Source of the DNA: Methanothermococcus sp. Ax23
Lineage (GTDB): Archaea > AGJL01 > Methanococci > Methanococcales > Methanococcaceae
Reading direction: 5' to 3'
Assembly: GCF_049075655.1 (NCBI RefSeq)
Contig: NZ_CP157522.1
Coordinates: 1,152,001-1,216,000 of the forward strand
Length of the DNA: 64,000 nt
This document shows, one piece after another, positions 43,699 to 54,622 of this stretch. The notes beneath the pieces are model-generated. The model saw nothing but the letters and a program-made list of their open reading frames with translations. It did not search any database and was not told where the DNA came from. How positions within the stretch are numbered: the stretch's first letter is position 1; each line of letters starts with the position of its first letter. The position numbers and the translations under genes are program-made.

Positions 43699-46600
43699 AT
43701 GGTGCATTTATCCGAGATTCATTTAAAAAATTTCAAATCATTTAAAAACGCCAAATTAAAAATACCTTCTGGATTTACGGCAATATTGGGTCCCAACGGC
43801 TCAGGGAAGTCAAATATAATCGACGGAATATGTTTTGTTCTTGGAAAAACATCTGCAAAATCACTGAGGGCAGGAAAATTCAATGAGTTAATTACCTATC
43901 ACAAAAACAAAAGAGCAGATTATGCAGAAGTGATTTTATTTTTTGATAATAAGGATAGAAAGATTCCAATAGATTCTGACAAGGTTGGAATATCGAGAAA
44001 GGTAAAATTAAAGGGAGATAACAATTACTATTTAATATGGTATGAGAAGAAAGAAGGGAAGGAAGGTAAAGAAGAGAAAGAAGGAAAAGACAACAAACCA
44101 ATAGAAAAACGAAAAAAAATGAAAAAATCCCAAATAATAGACATATTCAACAGAATTTCACTAAGTGGGGATGGATTAAATATTATTCTTCAAGGAGACC
44201 TTATAAGATTAATTGAAATGTCCCCAAGGGAAAGAAGAAAGGTAATTGATGAAATAAGCGGGATTTCGGAATATGATGAAAAAAAGGAAAAATCACAAAA
44301 AGAATTGGAAAAAGCGAGGGAATATATTGAAAAAATAGACATAAGAATAAACGAAGTAAGGGCAAACCTTGAAAAACTTAAAAAAGAAAAGGATGATGCG
44401 GAGAAGTATCTAAAACTAAGCGAGGAGTTGAAAACTACAAAATACATACTTACTTCAAAAAAGGTAGAGCTCCTAAAAGTTGTGCTGGAAGATACTGAAA
44501 AAAATATAAATGCCCTAAAAGAATTAAAGGAAAAATTTCAGGGCGATATGCATAATATAGATGGTGAAATACTTAATTTAAAAAATAAGCTTGAAAATAT
44601 TATAAATGAATTAAAGGAAAAGGGAAACGAGGAAGTAATGGAGCTCCACAAGTCCATAAAGGAACTTGAATTAAATATTGAAAATGATAAGAAACAGCTT
44701 AACAATAGTTTGGATGATTTAAAGAATTCAAAAACTCAGTTAGAAATTAAAGAAAAGGAATTAAATGAAACTCGGGAAAAGATAGACAATATAAGAAAAG
44801 AAACGATGGAAAAGGAAAAGGAAATAAAAACCATCAAAGAAACCATAAAAAATTTAGAGGATGAAAGGAGCTCCTTAAAATCATCTGTGGAGAAAAGTGA
44901 AACTCACATAAACATACTCAAACAGCAAGAAAGAAAGCTTTCCGAGAGATTAAATGAATACCAAAAGGAACTGCACAAGTTAAGAACTGAATTAAACGAT
45001 GTAGATGGGAAAATAAATAAAAAATCCTTTGATTTAAAACGAAACAATGAAACTATTGAAAAACTGAAAGAAGAGCTTAATTTAATAAATAAAAATACCG
45101 ATGATACAAAAACTCTTTATAAGGAACTTGAAGATATTGTTGTGGAATTGGAATTTTCAAAGAAGATGTTGCAAAAATATGAGGATGAGAAGAAGGAGCT
45201 CCAAAGTAAAAGAGATAACTTATACTCAGAATACGCCAAGGAAAATGCAAAAATTAAGGCATTAAAGGAGATGGAAAATTTCAATGTAAATAGCACAATA
45301 AAAAGCATATTGGACGCTAAACTTCCCGGCGTTGTGGATATTGTTGGAAATCTCGGAAAAACAAAAAATGAGTATAAAACAGCAATTGAAATTGCAGGGG
45401 GAGGAAGGTTAAACCATATCGTAGTTAAGAGGATGGATGACGGAGCTCGGGCGATAGAGTATTTAAAAAGAAACAAACTTGGAAGGGCTACATTTTTACC
45501 TATGGACAGAATAAGGGGAAATGAACCACGCCACATAAATGAGGATGGAGTAATTGGAAGAGCCGTTGATTTGGTGGAATTTAAGGAGGAATATAGAAAC
45601 ATATTCAATTATGTGTTTGGAAACACCATTATTGTAAAGGATTTGGAAACTGCGAAGAATCTTTCAAAAAAGTATAAAGTTAGGTTCGTATCTCTTGAAG
45701 GGGATGTTGTGGAGGCTTCTGGTGCTATGGTTGGGGGAAGTATCAGGCGGTCTTCAAATATAAAGGTTGAAATAGACACTTCAAAGCTTGAAAAACTTGC
45801 AAATGAGTTAAAGGAAATAGAAAATAAACTAAACGGTGCTGATGGAATAAATAACAAGATTGACGAGATTAGCAGAAAGATAAACATATATTCCGCTAGG
45901 AAGATGGAATTAGAAAATAAATTGAGACTTATAAAAGAAAATGAAAATAGAAAAATGGATATTATTAAAAATAATAATACAAAAATAAAAGAAATTGAGC
46001 TGATAAATAAAAAACTTGGGGATGAACTGGAAGAACTGGAAGATTTAAAAGAAGAATTAGAGCATAAAATAAAAAATCTTGAAAATAAAATCGATGAGAC
46101 AATATCCACGAGGGAAAGGGTATTGAAGGAACTGAAATCATACGAAGACTCCACACTTATAAAAAGAATTAGGGATGTGGAGGGTGAAATAGAAACACTT
46201 AGTAAAAAGAAGGATGAACTGGAAAATGATACAAAACGAAATGCAGTTCTTATAAAAGAAGTTCTCATTCCTAAGATGGCAGAAACTACTGAGAAAATAA
46301 AAGAATTAAATGAAAAAATAGCCATGCTTCAAAAAAATATAGAGTTTTATAAGAACAATATTGAAAAAAATGTGCAAGTTTTGAGGGATAAGAAGGAGAG
46401 ATATGTAGAGCTCACCAAAGATTTGGAAGAGCTCACTGAGAAAAAGGCAATGTATGAAAAGCAAATAGAGGAACTAAACAATAACAAAAAAGAACTTATT
46501 GAAAAGATTGGCGGTATTAATAAAGAAATAAACACACTATTGATTGATAAGGCAAAATACGAAACTCGATTGGAAGATGAAGAGAAAAAACTTTATTTAT

Positions 46601-47289
46601 GTGAAAAAATCGAAGATGTGTCTGATGAATTATTTAATAAAATAAGTGCTATGGAAATAAATGAGCTGGAAAAGTATGTCATAAAACTTGAAAATAGTAT
46701 AAAAAGACTTGAACCAATAAACATGAGGGCTATTGAGGATTACGAGTATATAGAAGAAAGATATAAAGAGTTATTTGATAAAAGGAAAGAATATGAAGAA
46801 GATGAGAAAAAATATCTTCAATTAATCGAAGAAGTTGAGAAGAGGAAGAAAGAGGTATTTATGGAAGTATATGAAAAGATTGCCAAAAATTACGAGGAGA
46901 TATATAAGGACATTGGAGGAACTGGAAAATTGAGTTTAGAAAATCCTGAAAATCCATTTGAAGGAGGACTTTTAATCGATGCCTCACCGAGAAACAAAAG
47001 CCTTCAAAGTTTAGATGTGATGAGTGGTGGGGAAAAATCCTTAACTGCACTGGCATTCCTCTTTGCTATTCAGAGATTAACTCCTGCACCGTTCTATGTG
47101 CTTGATGAGGTTGATGCGGCACTTGATACAAAAAATGCGACGCTAATAGGTGATATGATTAAAAATGCGTCAAAGGAATCTCAATTTGTAGTAATATCTC
47201 ATAGAGAACAGATGATAAGTAAGGCGGATACACTTTATGGAGTTTATATGGAAGATGGATTAAGTAAGATTGTAGGTGTTAAGTTATAA
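43699..47289 (+). CDS. smc: Chromosome segregation protein SMC
   Basis: NFKSF, GPNGSGKSN, hinge GRATFLP, MSGGEKS, LDEVDAALD. Confidence 0.97.
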   Translation: MVHLSEIHLKNFKSFKNAKLKIPSGFTAILGPNGSGKSNIIDGICFVLGKTSAKSLRAGKFNELITYHKNKRADYAEVILFFDNKDRKIPIDSDKVGISRKVKLKGDNNYYLIWYEKKEGKEGKEEKEGKDNKPIEKRKKMKKSQIIDIFNRISLSGDGLNIILQGDLIRLIEMSPRERRKVIDEISGISEYDEKKEKSQKELEKAREYIEKIDIRINEVRANLEKLKKEKDDAEKYLKLSEELKTTKYILTSKKVELLKVVLEDTEKNINALKELKEKFQGDMHNIDGEILNLKNKLENIINELKEKGNEEVMELHKSIKELELNIENDKKQLNNSLDDLKNSKTQLEIKEKELNETREKIDNIRKETMEKEKEIKTIKETIKNLEDERSSLKSSVEKSETHINILKQQERKLSERLNEYQKELHKLRTELNDVDGKINKKSFDLKRNNETIEKLKEELNLINKNTDDTKTLYKELEDIVVELEFSKKMLQKYEDEKKELQSKRDNLYSEYAKENAKIKALKEMENFNVNSTIKSILDAKLPGVVDIVGNLGKTKNEYKTAIEIAGGGRLNHIVVKRMDDGARAIEYLKRNKLGRATFLPMDRIRGNEPRHINEDGVIGRAVDLVEFKEEYRNIFNYVFGNTIIVKDLETAKNLSKKYKVRFVSLEGDVVEASGAMVGGSIRRSSNIKVEIDTSKLEKLANELKEIENKLNGADGINNKIDEISRKINIYSARKMELENKLRLIKENENRKMDIIKNNNTKIKEIELINKKLGDELEELEDLKEELEHKIKNLENKIDETISTRERVLKELKSYEDSTLIKRIRDVEGEIETLSKKKDELENDTKRNAVLIKEVLIPKMAETTEKIKELNEKIAMLQKNIEFYKNNIEKNVQVLRDKKERYVELTKDLEELTEKKAMYEKQIEELNNNKKELIEKIGGINKEINTLLIDKAKYETRLEDEEKKLYLCEKIEDVSDELFNKISAMEINELEKYVIKLENSIKRLEPINMRAIEDYEYIEERYKELFDKRKEYEEDEKKYLQLIEEVEKRKKEVFMEVYEKIAKNYEEIYKDIGGTGKLSLENPENPFEGGLLIDASPRNKSLQSLDVMSGGEKSLTALAFLFAIQRLTPAPFYVLDEVDAALDTKNATLIGDMIKNASKESQFVVISHREQMISKADTLYGVYMEDGLSKIVGVKL

Positions 47290-47346
47290 GCAAAGATGCA
47301 ATTTAAATAAAAATTCTATTTTTAAAAATAGGTTGGTGGTGATAAT

Positions 47347-49449
47347 ATGAAAAAAGAGCAAATAACAAAAAATATTACAGTTCCAAATAAAAATATGGAA
47401 ATCCTTAAAAAATATTTTTCTCATTGTTTTGATAAAAATGGAAATTTTGATTTTGAAAAATTCAAAAAAGAACTTTCTAAAAATGAAATGGACTTTTCCA
47501 AAGAATCTTATGGTATGGATTGGTTGGGAAAATCTTATGCTCGACTTTTAGCAAGTGATGAAGCAAGGACTCTTTTAAAAGAAAATGAAGAATGGAATAA
47601 AAAAGAGGAACATAAAAATTCTGAAAATCTTCTTATTAAAGGGGATAATTTAGAAGTTTTAAAGCACTTATCAAATGCTTATTATGAAAAGATAAAGATG
47701 ATTTATATTGACCCGCCATATAATACTGGAAATGATGGTTTTGTTTATCAGGATGATAGAAAATTTACAGTTGAAGAATTTTCAAAGTTGGCAGGAGTTG
47801 ATGAGGAAAAGGCAAAAAGAATTTTGGATTTTGTAGATAGCAAAAGTAATTCCCATAGTGCATGGCTTACCTTTATGTATCCAAGATTATACATTGCAAG
47901 GCAACTTTTAAGAGATGATGGAGTTATTTTTGTAAGTATTGATGATAATGAGGTTGCACAATTAAGAATTTTAATGGATGAAATTTTTGGGGAAGAGAAT
48001 TTTGTTGGAATTATTACAAGAGTCACTAAAAAAGGAGGAAATAAAGGTGATTTCTTAAAACCAAAAAAAGACTTCATCATTACTTTTTTCAAAGATTTAA
48101 GTAAGGTTTCTAAAGAAAATTTTGGAAAGCAAATACTAATTGATAAAGACAAAATAGATTGGAAAGAGGAAATTTTTAACGGTAAAAAAAGAAGATTTAT
48201 AATTGGTGATATACCTTATAGAGAAAAACTAGAGGTAAGAAAAAATCAAAGGTATTATATAGAAGCCCCAGATGGAACACTTTTAATTCCCAAAGGAAAT
48301 GTTTTTCCAAAAGAAAAAAAAGATGGAGCAACGGTTGAACCGCAATCTGAAGAAGATAAATGCTGGACTTGGTCGGTAGATAGATATCTTGAAGAAAAGA
48401 AAAAAGGTAGATTCTATTTTTTAAAAAGTGATAAATCACCTTTTTTAGATGAAAATGGAAAACAAGCAAAATGGACTGTATATAAAAAAATATTTGAAGA
48501 TGAACTAACGACAAAAACAGAAGTTTTAACAGATTTACTCGTAGATAACAAATTTGAAAACTCAAAAGGAACTAAGGAGTTAGACCTTTTAAAAATTCCG
48601 TTTAGCAATCCTAAGCCAACAAATTTAATTAAATACTTGATAGATATATCTTGTAATAAAAACGACTTAATCCTCGACTTCTTCGCAGGTTCAGGAACAA
48701 CAGGAGATGCTGTAATGCAACTTAACGCCGAAGATGGAGGAAACAGAAAATATATTTTAGTTCAACTTGATGAACCTATTGACCCAAAGAAAAATAAAAC
48801 CGCTTACGATTTTGTGAAAAATGAATTAAAAGTTGAAAATCCTACAATTTTTGAAATTACAAAAGAAAGATTAATTAGAGCAGGAAAGAAAATAAAAGAA
48901 GAAATAAATAAATCCATTGAAGAAAAAGAAAACGAGATAAAAAAACTTAAAAGTCAATTAACAGACAATAGCGAAAAAATAGAAAAACTTAAACAAGAAA
49001 TTGAAAACTTAAAAAATCAAGATTTAGGTTTTAAAATATTTGAAACAATTCCAATTTGGGAAGATTATAATTTTGAAGCAGAAAAATTTGACCCACAATT
49101 AAAACTTTTTGACGAAAGCAAACTAACCGAAGAAGATTTAAAAACACTTCTTACAACATGGAAAACTTATGACGGCATACCTTTAACAAAAAACCTAAAT
49201 GAAATAGATTTAGACGGATACAAAGGATATTATTATGAAAATAAACTTTATTTAATACATAAAGGATTTACTACAAAAAACCTAAAAAAATTATTAACTG
49301 AAATTGATGAGAATGAAAATTTCAACCCTACAACAATCATATCTTTTGGATATAATTTTGAAAGTAAATCTTTAAGAGAAATCGCAGAAAATGTAAAAAA
49401 TTACGCTAACAAGAAACAAATAAATATTGATTTTATAATTAGATACTAA
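47347..49449 (+). CDS. mod: Type III R-M methyltransferase subunit Mod (amino-MTase, beta arrangement)
   Basis: IKGDNLEVLK, IYIDPPYNTG, WLTFMYPRL, LDFFAGSGTT. Confidence 0.93.
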   Translation: MKKEQITKNITVPNKNMEILKKYFSHCFDKNGNFDFEKFKKELSKNEMDFSKESYGMDWLGKSYARLLASDEARTLLKENEEWNKKEEHKNSENLLIKGDNLEVLKHLSNAYYEKIKMIYIDPPYNTGNDGFVYQDDRKFTVEEFSKLAGVDEEKAKRILDFVDSKSNSHSAWLTFMYPRLYIARQLLRDDGVIFVSIDDNEVAQLRILMDEIFGEENFVGIITRVTKKGGNKGDFLKPKKDFIITFFKDLSKVSKENFGKQILIDKDKIDWKEEIFNGKKRRFIIGDIPYREKLEVRKNQRYYIEAPDGTLLIPKGNVFPKEKKDGATVEPQSEEDKCWTWSVDRYLEEKKKGRFYFLKSDKSPFLDENGKQAKWTVYKKIFEDELTTKTEVLTDLLVDNKFENSKGTKELDLLKIPFSNPKPTNLIKYLIDISCNKNDLILDFFAGSGTTGDAVMQLNAEDGGNRKYILVQLDEPIDPKKNKTAYDFVKNELKVENPTIFEITKERLIRAGKKIKEEINKSIEEKENEIKKLKSQLTDNSEKIEKLKQEIENLKNQDLGFKIFETIPIWEDYNFEAEKFDPQLKLFDESKLTEEDLKTLLTTWKTYDGIPLTKNLNEIDLDGYKGYYYENKLYLIHKGFTTKNLKKLLTEIDENENFNPTTIISFGYNFESKSLREIAENVKNYANKKQINIDFIIRY

Positions 49450-49481
49450 CATTTAGATAGATTTACAGGGAGCGGATTAAA

Positions 49482-52361
49482 ATGACAGTATTTAATTTTG
49501 AAAAAAATTTAGAGCATCAAACTAAGGCAGTAAAATCAGTTGTTAGCGTTTTTGATGGAGTAGAAATAATAAAACCAACGGGAATAAAAAAGGACTATGT
49601 TAATCCAATATTTAATAAAGATACCAATTTTAGATATGTTCAAAACATTGGAAACATTCAAGAACAAAACAATATTGAAAGAAGCGTAAAAGGAAAAAGC
49701 AACATCATAGATGTTATGATGGAAACAGGGACAGGAAAAACCTATACATATACAAAAACCATTTTTGAATTAAATAAACTTTATGGAATTTTTAAATTTG
49801 TTATTGTAGTACCAACAATACCTATTAAAGCAGGAACGATTAATTTCTTAAAATCAGAAAGTGCAAGGGAACATTTTAAAGAACAATACGGAAAAACAAT
49901 AGAACTCCATATTGTAGAAAGTAAAAAAAACAGTAAAAATAAAAAATCTTATATGCCACAGGCAGTAAGTAGTTTTGTAAATGCTGGAAGTTTTGAAAAA
50001 AATAAAATCCATGTTTTAATTATAAATAGGGGCATGATTAATTCCAAAACAATGCAACAAAAATTTGATAGGACTTTATTAGATGAATATACAACACCAT
50101 TTGAGGCAATATCATCTACTAAACCATTTATGATTATTGACGAACCACATAAATTTGACAAAGATAAAAAGACATGGCAAAATATCCAAAAAATGAAGCC
50201 CCAATTTATCATCAGATACGGAGCTACCTTTAAAGAATATGAAAACCTTGTTTATACCCTAACGGCGGTTGATGCATTTAATAGAAATTTAGTAAAAGGT
50301 GTTGAGGGACACATTATTGATTTCGAAGAAGGAAAAAATGTTTTGGTTAAGTTTGTTAATTCTGACGGAAAAGAAGCAACATTTGAACTTATTGAAAACG
50401 GTAAAAAAAAGAAGTTTAAACTAATTAAGGGGGAAAGTTTAGAAAAAATACATAATAACATGAAAGATTTGTTTATTGAAAAAATCAATAAAACAACTGT
50501 TGTTTTATCTAATGGTTTAGAGTTAGTAAAGGGTCAAAAAAGCAGTGAGATAAATCCATATTCTTATAGTGAAACATTAATGGAGTTAATGATTAAAAAG
50601 GCAATACAAAAACATTTTGAATTAGAGAAACAATATTTAACAAGAGAAGTAAAAATAAAACCACTAACATTATTTTTTATAGACAATATTAAAGAATACA
50701 GAAATGAAAATGGATATATTAGAAAAACAGTTGAAAAATACATAGAAGCAGAAGTTAAAAAGTTATTAAAAACTGAAAAAGATGAATTCTACAAAGCATA
50801 TTTAAAAAAGACATTAGATGATATTTCAAAAACTCATGGAGGATATTTTGCCGAAGATAAAAAAGAGACTGATGAGGTGATAGAAAAAGAGATTAATGAA
50901 ATTTTACACGATAAACAGGCAATTCTTGATTTAGAAAATCCAAGAAGATTCATTTTTTCAAAATGGACTTTAAGAGAGGGCTGGGACAATCCAAACATTT
51001 TCCAAATCTGTAAATTAAGAAGTAGCGGTTCTGAAATTTCAAAATTGCAAGAAGTGGGAAGGGGTTTAAGATTACCTGTAAATCAATACGGAAATAGAGT
51101 AAAAGACGAACAGTTTTATTTAAATTATTTTGTCGATTTTACAGAAAGCGATTTTGTAGATAAATTAGTAAATGAAATAAATGAAAAATCTGGAACTCTA
51201 TCAATAAAAAATATTCCTAAAAAACTAAATGATGAAATGATTAAAAAAATTTGTGAGATTTACAAATTGGATGAAGAAGAATTATTAGAAGAATTGGACA
51301 ATAAAAATGTCATTAAAAGAAATAATGAATTTAAAGAAGGTGGATTTGAATATATAAAAGCAAATTATCCACTTATCTTTAAAGGAATTGATTCAAATAA
51401 AATAAGAAATGCAAAAGATAAAAAGAAAAAGGTTAAAATAAGAACAGAAAAATATAGCGAATTAAAAGAACTCTGGGAAAAACTTAATGAAAAAGTCATC
51501 TTAGAATATAAAATTGAAAATGAAGACAAATTTAAAGAACTTTTCAAAAACTTTTTAGAAAACAATACTTCTTTTTCAATTAAAGGAATAAATGAGAAAA
51601 TAGCGAAAATATCTATTGAAAATAATCAAGCTACCACCATGGAAGAAACTACCATTTCTGAAAATGAAGTAATACCTATTCCAACAATGAGATACGACGA
51701 GTTTTTAAAACAACTATCGGAGCTCCTACATACAAACCTAAAAACATTACATCAATGTTTCGTAGAAACAAAAATAAATATAAATAAATATTTAAATCAA
51801 TCTACAATTAGAATCATTAAACAAAAATTTGATAATTACTTAATGTATAATGCAATTGATAAATTTGGCATTGAATATCAAAAAATAACAAATACAATTC
51901 ATCCAACAAAATTTACTGATAAAAATGGAAATGTAATAAATGAAATTGATGCTTCCCTAATTGGAACTTTGTATTCTAACGAGAAAGTAGCAGAAAATTA
52001 TTTTTTTAATGAATTGTTTTATGATTCAGAATTAGAAAAAGAAAATATAACAGAGAGAATAAAAGAAGTAATTGTTTTTACAAAAATACCTAAAAATTCA
52101 ATTAAAATTCCAATTGCAGGAGGTAAAAGTTATTCTCCTGATTTTGCCTATGTTTTAAATTTTGAAGACGGGCAGAAAAAACTATATTTTATTGTAGAAA
52201 CAAAAAATGTAGATGATGAAGATAAATTGAGACCTGAGGAAGCACAAAAAATAAAATATGCCGAGAAATTTTTTAATAATAATATAAAAATAAAGTTTAA
52301 AACACAATTTAGCAGTAAAAAAATAGCAGACCTAATCCAAGAAATATATACAGAACCATAG
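49482..52361 (+). CDS. res: Type III R-M restriction subunit Res
   Basis: METGTGKT, IIDEPH, LREGWDNPN, QEVGRGLRL, C-terminal SPDF...VETK nuclease motif. Confidence 0.93.
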   Translation: MTVFNFEKNLEHQTKAVKSVVSVFDGVEIIKPTGIKKDYVNPIFNKDTNFRYVQNIGNIQEQNNIERSVKGKSNIIDVMMETGTGKTYTYTKTIFELNKLYGIFKFVIVVPTIPIKAGTINFLKSESAREHFKEQYGKTIELHIVESKKNSKNKKSYMPQAVSSFVNAGSFEKNKIHVLIINRGMINSKTMQQKFDRTLLDEYTTPFEAISSTKPFMIIDEPHKFDKDKKTWQNIQKMKPQFIIRYGATFKEYENLVYTLTAVDAFNRNLVKGVEGHIIDFEEGKNVLVKFVNSDGKEATFELIENGKKKKFKLIKGESLEKIHNNMKDLFIEKINKTTVVLSNGLELVKGQKSSEINPYSYSETLMELMIKKAIQKHFELEKQYLTREVKIKPLTLFFIDNIKEYRNENGYIRKTVEKYIEAEVKKLLKTEKDEFYKAYLKKTLDDISKTHGGYFAEDKKETDEVIEKEINEILHDKQAILDLENPRRFIFSKWTLREGWDNPNIFQICKLRSSGSEISKLQEVGRGLRLPVNQYGNRVKDEQFYLNYFVDFTESDFVDKLVNEINEKSGTLSIKNIPKKLNDEMIKKICEIYKLDEEELLEELDNKNVIKRNNEFKEGGFEYIKANYPLIFKGIDSNKIRNAKDKKKKVKIRTEKYSELKELWEKLNEKVILEYKIENEDKFKELFKNFLENNTSFSIKGINEKIAKISIENNQATTMEETTISENEVIPIPTMRYDEFLKQLSELLHTNLKTLHQCFVETKININKYLNQSTIRIIKQKFDNYLMYNAIDKFGIEYQKITNTIHPTKFTDKNGNVINEIDASLIGTLYSNEKVAENYFFNELFYDSELEKENITERIKEVIVFTKIPKNSIKIPIAGGKSYSPDFAYVLNFEDGQKKLYFIVETKNVDDEDKLRPEEAQKIKYAEKFFNNNIKIKFKTQFSSKKIADLIQEIYTEP

Positions 52362-52516
52362 TTTCCACCATGCTTAATATTTATTATTTCTCTCTAAGGA
52401 GCTCATAGCAACATCATAATTATAAAAATTAATGCTATCTTAATCATAAGTGAAAAGAAAAATAATATATAATAATAATAAAAAAAGGAAATGGTATAAA
52501 AATTAACGGTGAAAAC

Positions 52517-53866
52517 ATGGCAGTACATCCAATTGATTTTAGATATGGTTCAAAGGAAATGAAAGAAGTTTGGGAAGAAGAAACAAAACTTCAAAAAATG
52601 CTTGAAGTTGAGGCAGCTATCGCAAGAGCTCAGGGTGAGCTCGGCATAATTCCAAAGGAAGCAGCAGAAGAAATAAATAGAAAGGCATCAACAAAATATG
52701 TAAAACTGGAAAGAGCAAAGGAAATTGAAAGAGAAACAAGACACGATATTGTAGCTATGGTAAAGGCATTTGCAGAAGTATGCGAAGGAAATGCAGGAGA
52801 ATACATACATTTCGGTGCAACATCCAATGATATTGTTGATACATCCCAATCACTCCAATTTAAAGATGCCATTGCCATATTATTGGATAAATTAAAAACA
52901 TTGAGGGATGAGTTAATTAAAAAGGCAGAGGAGCACAAATATACAGTATGTATTGGAAGAACACACGGACAGCATGCTATCCCCACAACATACGGCATGA
53001 AGTTTGCACTATGGGCAGCTGAAATTCAGAGGCATATCGATAGATTGGAAGCATGCAAAGAAAGATTATGCGTTTCAATGATTACAGGTGCCGTTGGAAC
53101 AATGGCGGCTCTTGGAAAGGACGGTATAAAAATCCACAAAAGAGTTGGAGAGATACTTGGATTAAATCCAGTTTTAATATCAAATCAGGTAATTCAAAGG
53201 GACAGGCATGCTGAATTTATGGCAATTCTTGCATTAATTGCCCAAACTCTTAACAAAATAGGTATCACAGTAAGAAGTATGCAGAGAACGGAAATAAAAG
53301 AACTTGAAGAAGAATTCGATGCATCAAAACAGACAGGTTCATCAACAATGCCACATAAAAGAAATCCAATTACATTTGAACAGATTTGCGGGCTTTCAAG
53401 AGTGATTAAAGCAAATGCTCTTGCTGAATTTGACAACATACCACTATGGGAAGAGAGGGATTTAACAAATTCATCTCCTGAAAGGTGTTTATTCCCTGAA
53501 TCCTGCGTTCTCTTAGACCATATTTTGAACCTTGCAATTAAAGGTATGAGAAAATTAACTGTAAATATTGAGAATGTAAATAGAAACCTTGAATTAACAA
53601 AAGGACTTATAATGGCAGAAAGGGCAATGATTACTCTTGCTAAAAAAGGTATGGGAAGGCAGACTGCTCATGAAGTTGTAAGGAAGTGTGCAATGAAGGC
53701 TCATGATGAAAACAGACATTTAAAAGAAGTTTTAAGAGAGAATGAAGATGTAATGAAGTATCTATCTGAGAATGAGCTCGACGAATTATTTGACTACAAA
53801 ACATACATTGGTCTTGCTCCTGAAATAGTTGATGAAGTAATTACCACATTGAAAAACAAGGAATAA
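52517..53866 (+). CDS. purB: Adenylosuccinate lyase
   Basis: HFGATSND, GRTHGQHA, GSSTMPHKRNP. Confidence 0.97.
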   Translation: MAVHPIDFRYGSKEMKEVWEEETKLQKMLEVEAAIARAQGELGIIPKEAAEEINRKASTKYVKLERAKEIERETRHDIVAMVKAFAEVCEGNAGEYIHFGATSNDIVDTSQSLQFKDAIAILLDKLKTLRDELIKKAEEHKYTVCIGRTHGQHAIPTTYGMKFALWAAEIQRHIDRLEACKERLCVSMITGAVGTMAALGKDGIKIHKRVGEILGLNPVLISNQVIQRDRHAEFMAILALIAQTLNKIGITVRSMQRTEIKELEEEFDASKQTGSSTMPHKRNPITFEQICGLSRVIKANALAEFDNIPLWEERDLTNSSPERCLFPESCVLLDHILNLAIKGMRKLTVNIENVNRNLELTKGLIMAERAMITLAKKGMGRQTAHEVVRKCAMKAHDENRHLKEVLRENEDVMKYLSENELDELFDYKTYIGLAPEIVDEVITTLKNKE

Positions 53867-53874
53867 GGAAGAAT

Positions 53875-54036
53875 ATGGGCTGGATAGATGATTATTTACA
53901 CATCCTCCAATGCCCTTTTTGTAAGGGGGATTTGGAACTAATTAAAGAAAATGGAAAGGAAGCATTAATCTGTAAAAAATGCAAAAAAACCTTTAAAATA
54001 GTGGATAATATACCCATACTGCTAAAAGAAAAGTGA
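53875..54036 (+). CDS. Trm112-like Zn-finger protein, 53 aa (below the ORF-track cutoff)
   Basis: MGWIDDYLHILQCPFCKGDLEL...LICKKCKKTFKIVDNIPILLKEK. Confidence 0.85.
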   Translation: MGWIDDYLHILQCPFCKGDLELIKENGKEALICKKCKKTFKIVDNIPILLKEK

Positions 54037-54040
54037 AATT

Positions 54041-54556
54041 ATGAGATGCTTTTTAGCAATTGAATTAAATGAGGATATAAAAGAAAAACTTGAAGAATTA
54101 AAATCCCACTTTAAAATAAATGGTATCAAATTGGTTGAAAAAGAAAATCTCCACATAACAGTTAAATTTTTAGGAGATATTGACGAAGAAATGGTGGAAA
54201 AAATAAAAAATTTAGATTTATCCATTAAACCAGTTAAAAGCGATGTAAAATACATGGGCGTTTTTCCAAATGAAAATTACATAAGGGTAATATGGATAGG
54301 TGCCACCAATCTAATACCCATTTTTAAAGAAATTGACAAAAAACTTTTAGAGCTCGGCTTTAAAAAAGAAAAGGATTATGTTCCGCACATAACCATTGGA
54401 AGAGTTAAATTTACCAAAGATAAAAAACTGCTAAAAAATAAAATTGATAAGTATAAACATGTAGAGCTCGGCACACTTGAAGTTAAAAATATTGTTTTAA
54501 TGAAAAGCGAATTAACAAGAGAAGGTCCAATTTACGAAGTAATTAAAAGATGGTAA
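54041..54556 (+). CDS. thpR: RNA 2',3'-cyclic phosphodiesterase (2H family, LigT)
   Basis: MRCFLAI, two HITx motifs (NLHITVKFLG, PHITIGR). Confidence 0.92.
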   Translation: MRCFLAIELNEDIKEKLEELKSHFKINGIKLVEKENLHITVKFLGDIDEEMVEKIKNLDLSIKPVKSDVKYMGVFPNENYIRVIWIGATNLIPIFKEIDKKLLELGFKKEKDYVPHITIGRVKFTKDKKLLKNKIDKYKHVELGTLEVKNIVLMKSELTREGPIYEVIKRW

Positions 54557-54571
54557 TATGGAAAATACATT

Positions 54572-54600
54572 TTCCAACCTCGCTATCCCTTCGGTTGGAA
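54572..54600. terminator. Stem-loop between the convergent thpR and lig genes
   Basis: TTCCAACC-N13-GGTTGGAA inverted repeat; role inferred from position only. Confidence 0.35.
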
Positions 54601-54622
54601 CCTATAATTTTTGCATAATACC

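Noticed and set aside
44041-44100. KEGKEGKEEKEGK insertion in the SMC head
   Set aside because: Short low-complexity loop expansion with no sign of an intein or separate domain
45117-46535. Long antisense ORFs within smc, and similar ones in sucC, topA, marker 14, hisD and the ABC ATPase
   Set aside because: S/F/L-rich shadows of K/E-rich sense genes, with no RBS or recognisable motifs
47347-49449. Phase-variable mod (phasevarion)
   Set aside because: No simple-sequence repeat tract; only short A runs typical of this genome; ORF is intact
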